Notes under the pieces: model-generated
What the model was told of the DNA's origin: nothing
Database searches by the model: none
What the model saw: only the letters and a program-made list of their open reading frames with translations
Virus record (IMG/VR): IMGVR_UViG_3300037504_000588
Span: 14,997 to 78,996 of that record
Strand: one strand, 5' to 3'
DNA length: 64,000 nt
DNA from: a virus
Shown here: one piece after another, positions 10,357-19,279 of the stretch
Layout of the letters: each line of letters starts with the position of its first letter
How positions within the stretch are numbered: the stretch's first letter is position 1
Position numbers and translations under genes: made by a program

Positions 10357-10785
10357 ATGGGGAAAGGAAATAAAAAAAGAACACCTCTAAATGAAAGATT
10401 AATGTTATATAATCAAAAGTATGGAGATAAAAGGTTCTATCTTTATAATATTCACATTAATCAAAAAGCTGTTATAGAGAATCAATTCTACCTCCTGGAT
10501 TTGTATGATATATGTATATTTCAAGCAGTCAAAGAAATATCAGGAGGAGGATTCTGTGGGAGAATGGAAGATGAATTAGGAGTGTGGTATAATATAACAG
10601 AAAATTTAATAATTAGTTACGTTCCTATAATAGGAATTACAAACAAAACAGCAATTTCTAATAGATTGGTTAAATTAGAAGATTATAAATTAATAGAAAG
10701 AAACCCAAAAAATTCTCCAGGTAGAAAGAAATATTTGAGGCTTGGTTCAAATGCCCATAAACTAACATTTTGCGAACATAAGTAA
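10357..10785 (+). CDS. Winged-helix DNA-binding protein, replication-initiator N-terminus-like
   Basis: TNKTAISNRLVKLEDYKLIER wHTH pattern; followed by an extremely AT-rich tract. Confidence 0.45.
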   Translation: MGKGNKKRTPLNERLMLYNQKYGDKRFYLYNIHINQKAVIENQFYLLDLYDICIFQAVKEISGGGFCGRMEDELGVWYNITENLIISYVPIIGITNKTAISNRLVKLEDYKLIERNPKNSPGRKKYLRLGSNAHKLTFCEHK

Positions 10786-10950
10786 ATTCTAAATAATATT
10801 TAAATATTATTATAATAAATAATAAATATTATTTCTATTAACTTTAAATATTATTATAATTTATCGAATATATATATAATATAATAATATAGAAAAATAG
10901 GTAAGGGAAGCTAACGCTTCTAATCTTTTTTTTTAAAAAGAAAAAAATAA

Positions 10951-12261
10951 ATGTATATATTAAGAGATTATCAAAAAGAAGCAAGTAGAAAAGGATATGA
11001 ATATCTCATCTCTAATAATAAAAAGAATGGATTAATTATTATTCCAACCGGAGGAGGAAAAAGCCTCATCATAGCAGATATAGCTTCTAAATTAAATGAA
11101 AAAATAATAGTTTTACAGCCTTCTAAAGAACTTTTAGAGCAGAACTATAATAAATACCTCTCTTATGGTAACGATGCCACTATCTATTCAGCATCTAAGA
11201 AATCTAAAGAGATAGGAGAAGTTACTTTTGCAACAATTGGAAGTATATATAAAAATCCTGAATTATTTTCTCATATTCCTTATATAATATGGGATGAATG
11301 TCATATAGGATCACCCAATGAAAAGAGTATGCATAAACAATTTTTTAACAATATTGGAGTTAAACTATTAGGAATGACAGCTACTCCATTTAGATTGAAA
11401 AGTTATAATTATCCTGAACCTCATTCTAAGCTTTGTTTTCTAACACGTACACGGCCTAAGTTTTTCCATGATGTTGTACATATAACTCAAATACAAGAGT
11501 TAATAAATGAAGGGTTTTGGAGTAAATTAATATATAAAAAACATGAATTTGATACTTCTAATTTAAAGGTTAATTCAACTGGTGCAAATTATAAAGAATC
11601 TTCTATAAAGGAAGAAATATCAAAACAAAACATCATAGAAGAAGTTGTAAAAGAGGCAAAGCAATTAAAAGATCGTAAACATATTCTTATATTCTTACCA
11701 GATATTAATTCAGCTTTGCAATGCTCAAGAAGGTTAAATTGTAAAACCTTAACAAGTGAAACAAAAAAGAAAGAAAGAGATAAAATAATTGAAGATTTTA
11801 AAAGTGGAAAAGAAAAATTTTTGTGTAATGTTGAAATAATGGGTGTTGGGTTTGATTTTCCTTCATTAGATTGTATTATTGATGCCTATCCTACAATGTC
11901 TTTTGCAAGATATTATCAACGTATTGGAAGACTTGTAAGGCCTGAATCAACAAAGAAAGATGCTTTATATGTTGACATGGTGGAAAACAGTAAATTGTTT
12001 GGCAAGGTAGAAGATTTTGTCATAGAGAATGTAAATGGATGGTATGGATTTAATGGCAAGAAGATAATCACAAATGTCCCTTTGGTAAAGAAAGAAGAAG
12101 TTCCAGATTTAGATAATATAGAAATAGGTTTTGGAAAGTTTAAAGGAACAAAATTTAAAAATCTTCCAAATTGGTATCTAAACTGGGTCAAGGATAATGT
12201 AAAAAAGAATCAATATAATCAATCGTTGTTTCAATACATTAATATTATTTTTAAAAAATAA
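10951..12261 (+). CDS. Superfamily 2 helicase (RadD/YejH-like)
   Basis: PTGGGKS, DECH, TATP, QRIGR, C-terminal FGKFKG domain. Confidence 0.9.
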   Translation: MYILRDYQKEASRKGYEYLISNNKKNGLIIIPTGGGKSLIIADIASKLNEKIIVLQPSKELLEQNYNKYLSYGNDATIYSASKKSKEIGEVTFATIGSIYKNPELFSHIPYIIWDECHIGSPNEKSMHKQFFNNIGVKLLGMTATPFRLKSYNYPEPHSKLCFLTRTRPKFFHDVVHITQIQELINEGFWSKLIYKKHEFDTSNLKVNSTGANYKESSIKEEISKQNIIEEVVKEAKQLKDRKHILIFLPDINSALQCSRRLNCKTLTSETKKKERDKIIEDFKSGKEKFLCNVEIMGVGFDFPSLDCIIDAYPTMSFARYYQRIGRLVRPESTKKDALYVDMVENSKLFGKVEDFVIENVNGWYGFNGKKIITNVPLVKKEEVPDLDNIEIGFGKFKGTKFKNLPNWYLNWVKDNVKKNQYNQSLFQYINIIFKK

Positions 12262-12313
12262 TTGTAAAAATATTTTGTTTTTATATAAAAAAGTATTATA
12301 TTTGTATTGTATT
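12253..12313 (+). promoter_or_regulatory. Repeated host-type promoter, copy 2
   Basis: Same element as at 7253. Confidence 0.8.
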
Positions 12314-12342
12314 TATTTTTTTAACCTAAAAACAAAAAAATT

Positions 12343-12501
12343 ATGACACGTACACAATTAGTATCAGAGATGGCAAAAGCATTAAAAGACAATTATGATT
12401 GTATAATGAAAATAGATGCTATCAAATGGTTAAAAGACCTTTATCCAAATACAAGTTTAACGCTAAAAATTAACGCTTATCATTTAGCTTATGAAGACTA
12501 A
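12343..12501 (+). CDS. Small hypothetical early protein (52 aa; absent from the ORF track)
   Basis: ATG follows the AACCTAAAAAC leader behind promoter copy 2. Confidence 0.55.
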   Translation: MTRTQLVSEMAKALKDNYDCIMKIDAIKWLKDLYPNTSLTLKINAYHLAYED

Positions 12502-12635
12502 AAAGAAACTAATAGACATACCAGAAAAAAATCCTCGAAGATTTACAAATAAAAGCGGTTAAAGCAAAGAAACTTCTCAAAAATTATATTGAGGGCTTAC
12601 TTGTAAAAGACGTGCGAGGCAAAAGAATTAACTAA
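12491..12635 (+). pseudogene. Ribbon-helix-helix-like regulator frameshifted in an A7 run
   Basis: Removing one A gives MKTKKKLIDIPEKILEDLQIKAVKAKKLLKNYIEGLLVKDV. Confidence 0.5.
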
Positions 12636-12675
12636 CTTTTTTTAATTAATTTTACATTTACAAAACTAAATTAGA

Positions 12676-13224
12676 ATGAAAGTATTAATAGCTTGTGAAT
12701 ATAGCGGAACAGTTAGAGAGGCATTTTCCAAATTAGGACATGACGCTTGGAGCTGCGATATATTAGAAACTGAAATACCTGGCAATCATTACAAGGGTGA
12801 TGTTAAGGAAATTCTTTGCGATGGTTGGGATTTAATGATAGCACATCCACCCTGCACTCATTTAGCCGTAAGCGGTGCAAGATGGTTTAAGTACAAACAG
12901 AAAGAGCAGGCAGAAGCGTTGGAGTTTGTTCGGTTGCTTTTAGACGCACCTATTGAACAGGTAGCACTTGAAAATCCAATAAGCATTATTAGCAGCCAAA
13001 TAAGAAAGCCAGATCAGATAATACAGCCCTGGCAATTTGGACACGGTGAAACGAAGGCAACCTGTTTATGGCTGCAAAACTTACCGAAACTGCATCCGAC
13101 AAATATTGTAGAGGGTAGGGAGAAAAGAATTTGGAAAATGCCACCTACCCCTGATAGATGGAAAGAACGAAGTCGAACATTTGAAGGAATTGCACAAGCT
13201 ATGGCAACTCAATGGGGCGTTTGA
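12676..13224 (+). CDS. Short DNA cytosine-C5 methyltransferase-like protein
   Basis: VLIACEYSG motif I, HPPCT catalytic PC, ENP. Confidence 0.85.
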   Translation: MKVLIACEYSGTVREAFSKLGHDAWSCDILETEIPGNHYKGDVKEILCDGWDLMIAHPPCTHLAVSGARWFKYKQKEQAEALEFVRLLLDAPIEQVALENPISIISSQIRKPDQIIQPWQFGHGETKATCLWLQNLPKLHPTNIVEGREKRIWKMPPTPDRWKERSRTFEGIAQAMATQWGV

Positions 13225-13458
13225 TAGAAGTACAGACGTAGCCATATTATGCACAAACGTGCCGACTGTATGTTGTCGGTTTTTATGCGATTTTAAAACC
13301 CAAATATTATAATATTATGAGCTCACATGAATTATTTAAGAAACATTTTGGTAACCAGATAGCGGTTGACTTGAAACACCCTAACATTGAAAATTTTTTT
13401 GAAGAACTAAACGAAGAATGCTTGCAGGAAGATAAGCATAAAAAATGCAATATACAGC

Positions 13459-13680
13459 ATGTTAGCAGCCGTGTTTTTTTTTGACCATTTTTTACCGAAA
13501 GTCACCAAGCTAACTTTGATTGAAAAATTAGTGCTAAAATTTAAGAAGAAACTCCTTTATAGAGACGAACTGGAATTAATTACCATCGTCTATAAAAAAT
13601 GGAGAGGTAAAACCTACGTACTTGATAGTTTTTATAATCCACCCGATCATTTTAATTGCAGGTGTTTTTTACGAATTTAA
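13459..13680 (+). CDS. Hypothetical protein (cassette-borne)
   Basis: ORF track; ends in an HFNCRC motif. Confidence 0.45.
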   Translation: MLAAVFFFDHFLPKVTKLTLIEKLVLKFKKKLLYRDELELITIVYKKWRGKTYVLDSFYNPPDHFNCRCFLRI

Positions 13681-13692
13681 AAATGATAACAG

Positions 13693-13924
13693 TATGAAAA
13701 ATTTAATAAAAGAACTAAACAATCTAAGACCAACAAAAGAACAAGTAAAAGATAAACCTGCTTACTATGCTTTTGGTTATGTAGATGCTATAAATGCTGC
13801 AATAGAGTTAGTAAAAAATAACGAAGTGGCGGTTTGCGAAAAATGCACACACTATAATAAAGAACAAAAGCCTGAAATATGCAGAAGGTGCTTTAGTAAT
13901 TCACATTTTATTGAGCAAACTTAA
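13693..13924 (+). CDS. Hypothetical protein with C-terminal Cys cluster
   Basis: MKNLIKEL... CEKC...CRRC; start approximate. Confidence 0.5.
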
Positions 13925-13962
13925 TGCTAACGGGATGCGGCTAAAATTTTAAAATAGATACA

Positions 13963-14205
13963 ATGAGGATTACACGCACACATTCGATTAAAAGCAAATA
14001 CTTAGCAATGATTTATGACGCATTGTTATATGTTGTATTTGCTGCTTTTGAATTTATACACTACCAGCATTATAAGCAAACTTGGAACGGTAAGAAACGT
14101 TTAAAAACAATACAAATTACAGGAATAAGAAGTGCTTTATGTGATGATGTTAGCCAACGAATCAGAATAAAGTTTTACTGGAAGGTAGGCAAATATTACA
14201 TATAA
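13963..14205 (+). CDS. Hypothetical protein (cassette-borne)
   Basis: Stop codon lies within CATATAAC. Confidence 0.5.
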   Translation: MRITRTHSIKSKYLAMIYDALLYVVFAAFEFIHYQHYKQTWNGKKRLKTIQITGIRSALCDDVSQRIRIKFYWKVGKYYI

Positions 14206-14225
14206 CGGTATAAAGACTAAAATAA

Positions 14226-14576
14226 ATGGGTGGAAATAACGATTATTTAAGCAGAAAAGAGTCATGCAATATACACGGTGTTAGGGTTAGTACCTACATA
14301 ATTTGCTCGGCAATACATTTTGTAAATAACAAGAAATACCCACACCAACCAAAGAATATAAAGACAGGGATAGTAGTTGCAGGACGTAGACACCATAATG
14401 TATTTACAAGTATGAGTGCGTTGGGTGTTGACCATAAAGACTATGATGCAGTAGTGCAAGGGTTTTTAACTAATGATGATAGGTTTGTTGACCGTGAAGA
14501 GGGTGGGCGCATTGCCTACGAAGCACGGCAGATTAATAAGCTAACAAAAAGGTTGTTTAGTGAGGATTTGTATTAA
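14226..14576 (+). CDS. Conserved-looking phage hypothetical protein
   Basis: IICSAI...GRRHH...QGFLTNDDRFVDREE...LFSEDLY pattern. Confidence 0.65.
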   Translation: MGGNNDYLSRKESCNIHGVRVSTYIICSAIHFVNNKKYPHQPKNIKTGIVVAGRRHHNVFTSMSALGVDHKDYDAVVQGFLTNDDRFVDREEGGRIAYEARQINKLTKRLFSEDLY

Positions 14577-14642
14577 CCATAACGAATGGGTATAAGATGT
14601 AGTGATAGCGACCCGTAGGGTGCATTTTATACCGTGTTATCT
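14577..14642. other. attC-like recombination site (best example)
   Basis: CCATAAC-5nt-GGTATAAGATGTA ... TGCATTTTATACC-GT-GTTATCT. Confidence 0.7.
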
Positions 14643-14702
14643 ACTGGCACGGTAAATACAGTAGAATGTTAATTAAAAGTACTAACGTAATAATTTATAA
14701 AA

Positions 14703-15494
14703 ATGTGGGATGGACAATATGCTTTTGAAAAAAGCAAAATAATACAAGGTGACTGCCTTGAAAAAATGAAACTAATACCTGATGGAAGTGTTGATATGAT
14801 ACTTGCGGATTTACCTTATGGAACGACTGCTTGTAAATGGGACAGTATTATTCCCTTGGATTTGCTTTGGAAAGAGTACGAGAGGATTGTCAAAGAAAAT
14901 GGAGTTATATGCTTAACTGCAAGCCAACCATTTACAACAAAACTTATTGCAAGCAATTACGGTATGTTTAAGTATGAATTTATTTGGAATAAAGGCAAAA
15001 GCTCAAACTTTATGCTTGCAAAAAAGCAAATACTTAAAATGCATGAACAAATATTAGTGTTCTATCGTAAGCAACCATTCTTTAACCCACCAAAAATAAA
15101 AAGGTGTGAAAAAGATAAACGACCAGCAAATGTAAACAACATTAAGGTTGTTGAGGTTACTGGACAAAAAAGAATAGTTGTTGAATGTAAAAGTAATGAA
15201 AAATTAGAAGGTAGTGTATTTGAACTTAGAGATAGAGAGTATGGCTTGCACCCAACACAGAAGCCAACAAGACTCTTTGAAAAGATGATAAAGACTTACA
15301 CAAACGAAGGCGACATAGTACTTGATAATGTTGCAGGAAGTGGAACAACAGGAGAAGCCTGTATAAACCTAAACAGAGACTTTATACTAATTGAAAAAGA
15401 ACCTAATTATTACGAAGTAATAAAAGAGAGGGTGGGGAAGATTTTTAAAAATTATGGGCTTGACCTACAATCTTTATTAAATGAGCAAATGTAG
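14703..15494 (+). CDS. N4/N6 DNA methyltransferase (beta class)
   Basis: GDCLE, DLPY, HPTQKP, VLDNVAGSGTT. Confidence 0.93.
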   Translation: MWDGQYAFEKSKIIQGDCLEKMKLIPDGSVDMILADLPYGTTACKWDSIIPLDLLWKEYERIVKENGVICLTASQPFTTKLIASNYGMFKYEFIWNKGKSSNFMLAKKQILKMHEQILVFYRKQPFFNPPKIKRCEKDKRPANVNNIKVVEVTGQKRIVVECKSNEKLEGSVFELRDREYGLHPTQKPTRLFEKMIKTYTNEGDIVLDNVAGSGTTGEACINLNRDFILIEKEPNYYEVIKERVGKIFKNYGLDLQSLLNEQM

Positions 15495-15658
15495 TGCTTG
15501 TGGGTAACGGTAACTTGTAAGGTGTCGTGGCTGCCTTAATCAAAGCCACACAATTTCAAATTTAAAATAAAATTAGATATGACTACAAAAAATTCAAAAA
15601 CTACTGAAATCTATACACAAGTAAGCACTAATGTATTACATAAACTACCATTAGCATT

Positions 15659-16192
15659 ATGATAACAGCATATACAGACGGTTCAGCAAGTGTAAAATCT
15701 ATGAAAGGGGGATGTGGTTCTTGGATTAAATATAAAGACAGCAAAGAACATTTCATCTCCAAAGGATTCTACCCAACCAAAACGGGACGTATGGAATTAA
15801 TGGCAGTCATTTTAACCCTACAATCTATAAAAGACAAAAGTGAAACTGTATTAATATACAGTGATAGTAAATATGTTGTGAATACAGTAATGCAAGGATG
15901 GTTGGATAAATGGGAAAGAGAATTCTGGCAAAACAATAAAAATACTGATATTTGTAAGGTTTTAAAAGAAGAATTATTTAAATTTACCTTATCAAACGGA
16001 AAAGTCATATTAAAGCATATAAAAGGACACCAGGATAATCTTCAAGATGAACATATTTATGGTAATAATGTAGCTGATGCATTGGCAGATTTGCATAATT
16101 TCACAGAATTTGAAAAGGATTTAGAAGTAACCAGAGAAGAAATAAATGAAAGTGAGTTAAAATTTTATAATAAAGAAAATGGACAAAAGTAA
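15659..16192 (+). CDS. rnhA: Ribonuclease HI
   Basis: YTDGS, RMELMA, YSDSKY, KGH, NNVADALA. Confidence 0.92.
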   Translation: MITAYTDGSASVKSMKGGCGSWIKYKDSKEHFISKGFYPTKTGRMELMAVILTLQSIKDKSETVLIYSDSKYVVNTVMQGWLDKWEREFWQNNKNTDICKVLKEELFKFTLSNGKVILKHIKGHQDNLQDEHIYGNNVADALADLHNFTEFEKDLEVTREEINESELKFYNKENGQK

Positions 16193-16373
16193 AGAATACG
16201 TAAAGATGTGCCAAGAAGCACAAGAGTTACAGGAAATATTTGATAATGGTGGATGTATTGAAAATGCAACTCATAGTGCCGTCTGGCTTCCACGTCAAGA
16301 TCAATTACAAGAAATGTTAAACGATGAAGGTTTATATGATTTTATAGGTGGTTTAAATTTAAATTGGAGGTGA
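16179..16373 (+). CDS. Hypothetical protein
   Basis: YVKMC...WLPRQDQLQEM. Confidence 0.5.
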   Translation: MDKSKEYVKMCQEAQELQEIFDNGGCIENATHSAVWLPRQDQLQEMLNDEGLYDFIGGLNLNWR

Positions 16374-16523
16374 TAATGATAAAGAAATAAATGGTGAATT
16401 GATGTTAGCTCTGCAGTATTTTTTTATATTCTCCTGATTGTATATTTCAGGAACATAAAGCAAACAATGAGGAATGGTATGGTAAGAAATTATTAAAACA
16501 AATAAGAAAAGAATAAAAAAACA

Positions 16524-18044
16524 ATGAAAGATTCGAAATATCAATTAGCAATATACGATGAATACGATAACACAAATAACAATATCTGTATAGAGGCGAC
16601 AGCAGGTTCTGGAAAGACAACTACGATTTTAAACCTCCTCAAAAGAACACCTCCATACAAGAAAGTTATATTTTGCGCTTTCAATAAATCAATACAAGAG
16701 GAGTTATCCTCACGAGTACCTGATCAGGTCAAAGTATCAACAATACACTCCCTGGCTTATTCTATACTTAGATATAACATTAAGGCAAACTTTAAACTAA
16801 CAGAATACAAGAATTATCAACTCGCTTTAAAGTTAGTTAAGAAGAAATTCAAAAAGGATTCATTAAAACAATCATATCTATTCACTATAAGCAACATAGT
16901 AGATTTATATAGGATGAATCTTTGTAAAAACAAAGAGGAATTAATTACAATATTAGACCAAAGAACGATAGATTACAGCAAGGGAGAATTAGAAGATGCA
17001 TTGAAATTAATAAAATACCTTGAAACCTATAATAAAGAAAACCACGACACCTTCCTTATTGATTTTACAGATATGTTGTGGTTAGTTAAAGAATTGGTTC
17101 CAGAGCATAAATTCCCAAGATACGATGTAGTGATGGTAGATGAGGGGCAAGATTTGAATTTACTGCAACACCACATAATAAGTAATATAGTAAAACCAAG
17201 TGGCAGAATAATAGCCGTGGGGGATTCACAACAATCAATTTACAGTTTCATGGGCTCATCACCAGAGGCTTTTAATAAATTAAAAGAAAAACCCAAAACA
17301 ACATCTCTACCTTTATCTGTAACTTATAGGTGTTCAAAGAAAATAGTAGAAGAAGCACAGAAAGTATTCCCGGATAAGATAGAATATTTTGAGGAGGCAA
17401 GTGAAGGTATAGTAAGAAAAGGCTCACTGAACGAATTAAAAGAGGGAGATTTTTTATTATGTAGAAACAACCTCCCTTTAATGGAAGCCTTTATAGACTT
17501 ACTAACACAAGGAAAGAAAGCACATATAATGGGTAAAGATTTTTCAAAATCACTACTTAGAATTATAAGAAAGGTAGAATCTTCAGGTAAAGAACAAGCA
17601 AATGAAGTATTTAAAAAGATGTTAAATGAAAAGTGGGAACAGCTTAAAGAAAAAGGTGTTCATAATATATCAAACAATGCATCATATATAACACTTAAAG
17701 AAAATATAGAGATAGTTAAGATATTGGCTAATGCTTACGGTGGTTATGAAAATCTTGAAAGTAAGATGGATGAAATATTCACAGACGACCAAGAAGGAAT
17801 TACGTTATCTACAATACACAAATCAAAAGGACTTGAGAGTGAAAGAGTGTTCTTCTACATGCCAGAATTACTTCCAAGTAAGTATGCTAAAACAGATTTA
17901 GAATTATTTGCAGAAAAATGTCTTGAGTTTGTAGCAATAACAAGAGCAAAGAAAGAGCTTGTTTATGTAAAAGCTATAACTAATAGAAACGAAGTAAAAT
18001 CTAAAGAAAAATTTGAAGAAAACATTAAAGATGCTGTTATTTAA
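16524..18044 (+). CDS. UvrD/Rep-family SF1 helicase
   Basis: ATAGSGKT, DEGQD, GDSQQSIY, STIHKSKGLE, VAITRA. Confidence 0.92.
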   Translation: MKDSKYQLAIYDEYDNTNNNICIEATAGSGKTTTILNLLKRTPPYKKVIFCAFNKSIQEELSSRVPDQVKVSTIHSLAYSILRYNIKANFKLTEYKNYQLALKLVKKKFKKDSLKQSYLFTISNIVDLYRMNLCKNKEELITILDQRTIDYSKGELEDALKLIKYLETYNKENHDTFLIDFTDMLWLVKELVPEHKFPRYDVVMVDEGQDLNLLQHHIISNIVKPSGRIIAVGDSQQSIYSFMGSSPEAFNKLKEKPKTTSLPLSVTYRCSKKIVEEAQKVFPDKIEYFEEASEGIVRKGSLNELKEGDFLLCRNNLPLMEAFIDLLTQGKKAHIMGKDFSKSLLRIIRKVESSGKEQANEVFKKMLNEKWEQLKEKGVHNISNNASYITLKENIEIVKILANAYGGYENLESKMDEIFTDDQEGITLSTIHKSKGLESERVFFYMPELLPSKYAKTDLELFAEKCLEFVAITRAKKELVYVKAITNRNEVKSKEKFEENIKDAVI

Positions 18045-18116
18045 AAACATTATAAATAAAATAAATTTTTAAGGCTTTATATATAATGTTATTGTTAAAT
18101 TTATTAATTTTATAAC

Positions 18117-18428
18117 ATGAAAAAAATTACATTCCAGGTACCAATATTGACTGATAAAGAAACAGTTACATTTGTAAATGCAGATAAAATAAAATCATTA
18201 AAAGGACTATTACCTCAGAAAGAAGTATTTAATCAATACATTCAAGATCAAAAAGAAATGATGGACAATGGCAAAGAATTTCACACAATGAAAATAATGG
18301 TAGGATTAGCTAAATTTGAAGATTTAAAAAAGGAGTTAAATGGTAAGATGCCAGGACAAAAAGAATTTGATAAATGTATAGATATAACCGTTAATGAGAT
18401 ACCTTTGATACAGATAATGACTAAATAA
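18117..18428 (+). CDS. Hypothetical protein
   Basis: ORF track. Confidence 0.55.
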   Translation: MKKITFQVPILTDKETVTFVNADKIKSLKGLLPQKEVFNQYIQDQKEMMDNGKEFHTMKIMVGLAKFEDLKKELNGKMPGQKEFDKCIDITVNEIPLIQIMTK

Positions 18429-18432
18429 GATA

Positions 18433-18933
18433 ATGAGCAACGTAAGATTCATATCAGACTTACATTTAGGGCACGAAAACCAGGCAATTAAACGCCGTGG
18501 ATTTCCAGATATTTACAATCATGATGAATACATTATAACAAGATGGAATCTTACCGTACATAAGAAAGATTTAACTTTTATCCTTGGTGATCTGACAATG
18601 GAGAAATGCACTTACGAAAACTTTAAAAGATTAACAGGTAGGAAAGTGATTGTCGGGGGCAACCACGACCCAAAGGGAGCAGCCAAGTATTTGTTAGATA
18701 ACCAACTAATAGAAGCATATATCGGGTGCATGAAGTATAAATCAAAACAATATGGAAAATTTTGGCTGACACATATCCCCATCCATCCTAAAGAACTTGA
18801 TTATAAGGTGAATTACAACATACACGGACATATTCATAATGGTAAGATAGAAGATAAGAGATATATCAATGTATGTGCAGAAGTAATTGATTACAAACCT
18901 AAATTATTAAGTGAATTAATGCATGAAAAATAA
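18433..18933 (+). CDS. Calcineurin-like metallophosphoesterase
   Basis: DLHLGH, LGD, GNHD, HGHIH. Confidence 0.88.
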   Translation: MSNVRFISDLHLGHENQAIKRRGFPDIYNHDEYIITRWNLTVHKKDLTFILGDLTMEKCTYENFKRLTGRKVIVGGNHDPKGAAKYLLDNQLIEAYIGCMKYKSKQYGKFWLTHIPIHPKELDYKVNYNIHGHIHNGKIEDKRYINVCAEVIDYKPKLLSELMHEK

Positions 18934-19231
18934 AAAAGTAAGAAAAATATCAGTATCGAAAAGCGGATTGATATATAAAAAGTTGGATATAGACAATCAA
19001 ACCATAGGGCTTTACCTTCCTAAAGAAAAAGAAAAAGCAGATAAACTAAAGGAATTCTATGAGAAAAAAATGAGAGAGATGGGGGTTAAATTAACATACA
19101 AAGAAGATATTCATCACAAAAAACCTTTTTGGAAATTTTGGGGAAAGCTTAACAATTACAGTATAGCAGTTTATAAGACAGTGTTTCCTGTAAGGGTAAC
19201 AGATTCAGAAAAACCAGAAGATATAAATTAA
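18923..19231 (+). CDS. Hypothetical protein
   Basis: ORF overlaps the upstream stop. Confidence 0.5.
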   Translation: MKNKKVRKISVSKSGLIYKKLDIDNQTIGLYLPKEKEKADKLKEFYEKKMREMGVKLTYKEDIHHKKPFWKFWGKLNNYSIAVYKTVFPVRVTDSEKPEDIN

Positions 19232-19279
19232 ATTAAAAAATTTGGAACTAAATTCAGTATTGATATTTAAAAGATAAGA

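Larger units (their letters stand above)
13251..15508 (+). mobile_element. Cluster 2 of integron-like gene cassettes (four tandem cassettes)
   Basis: Paired ends 13461/13931, 14025/14206, 14280/14583, 14636/15508 with attC-like inverted repeats between them. Confidence 0.7.

Noticed and set aside
8447-15494. Methyltransferases as parts of restriction-modification systems
   Set aside because: No adjacent restriction endonuclease was recognised; they look like orphan phage methyltransferases
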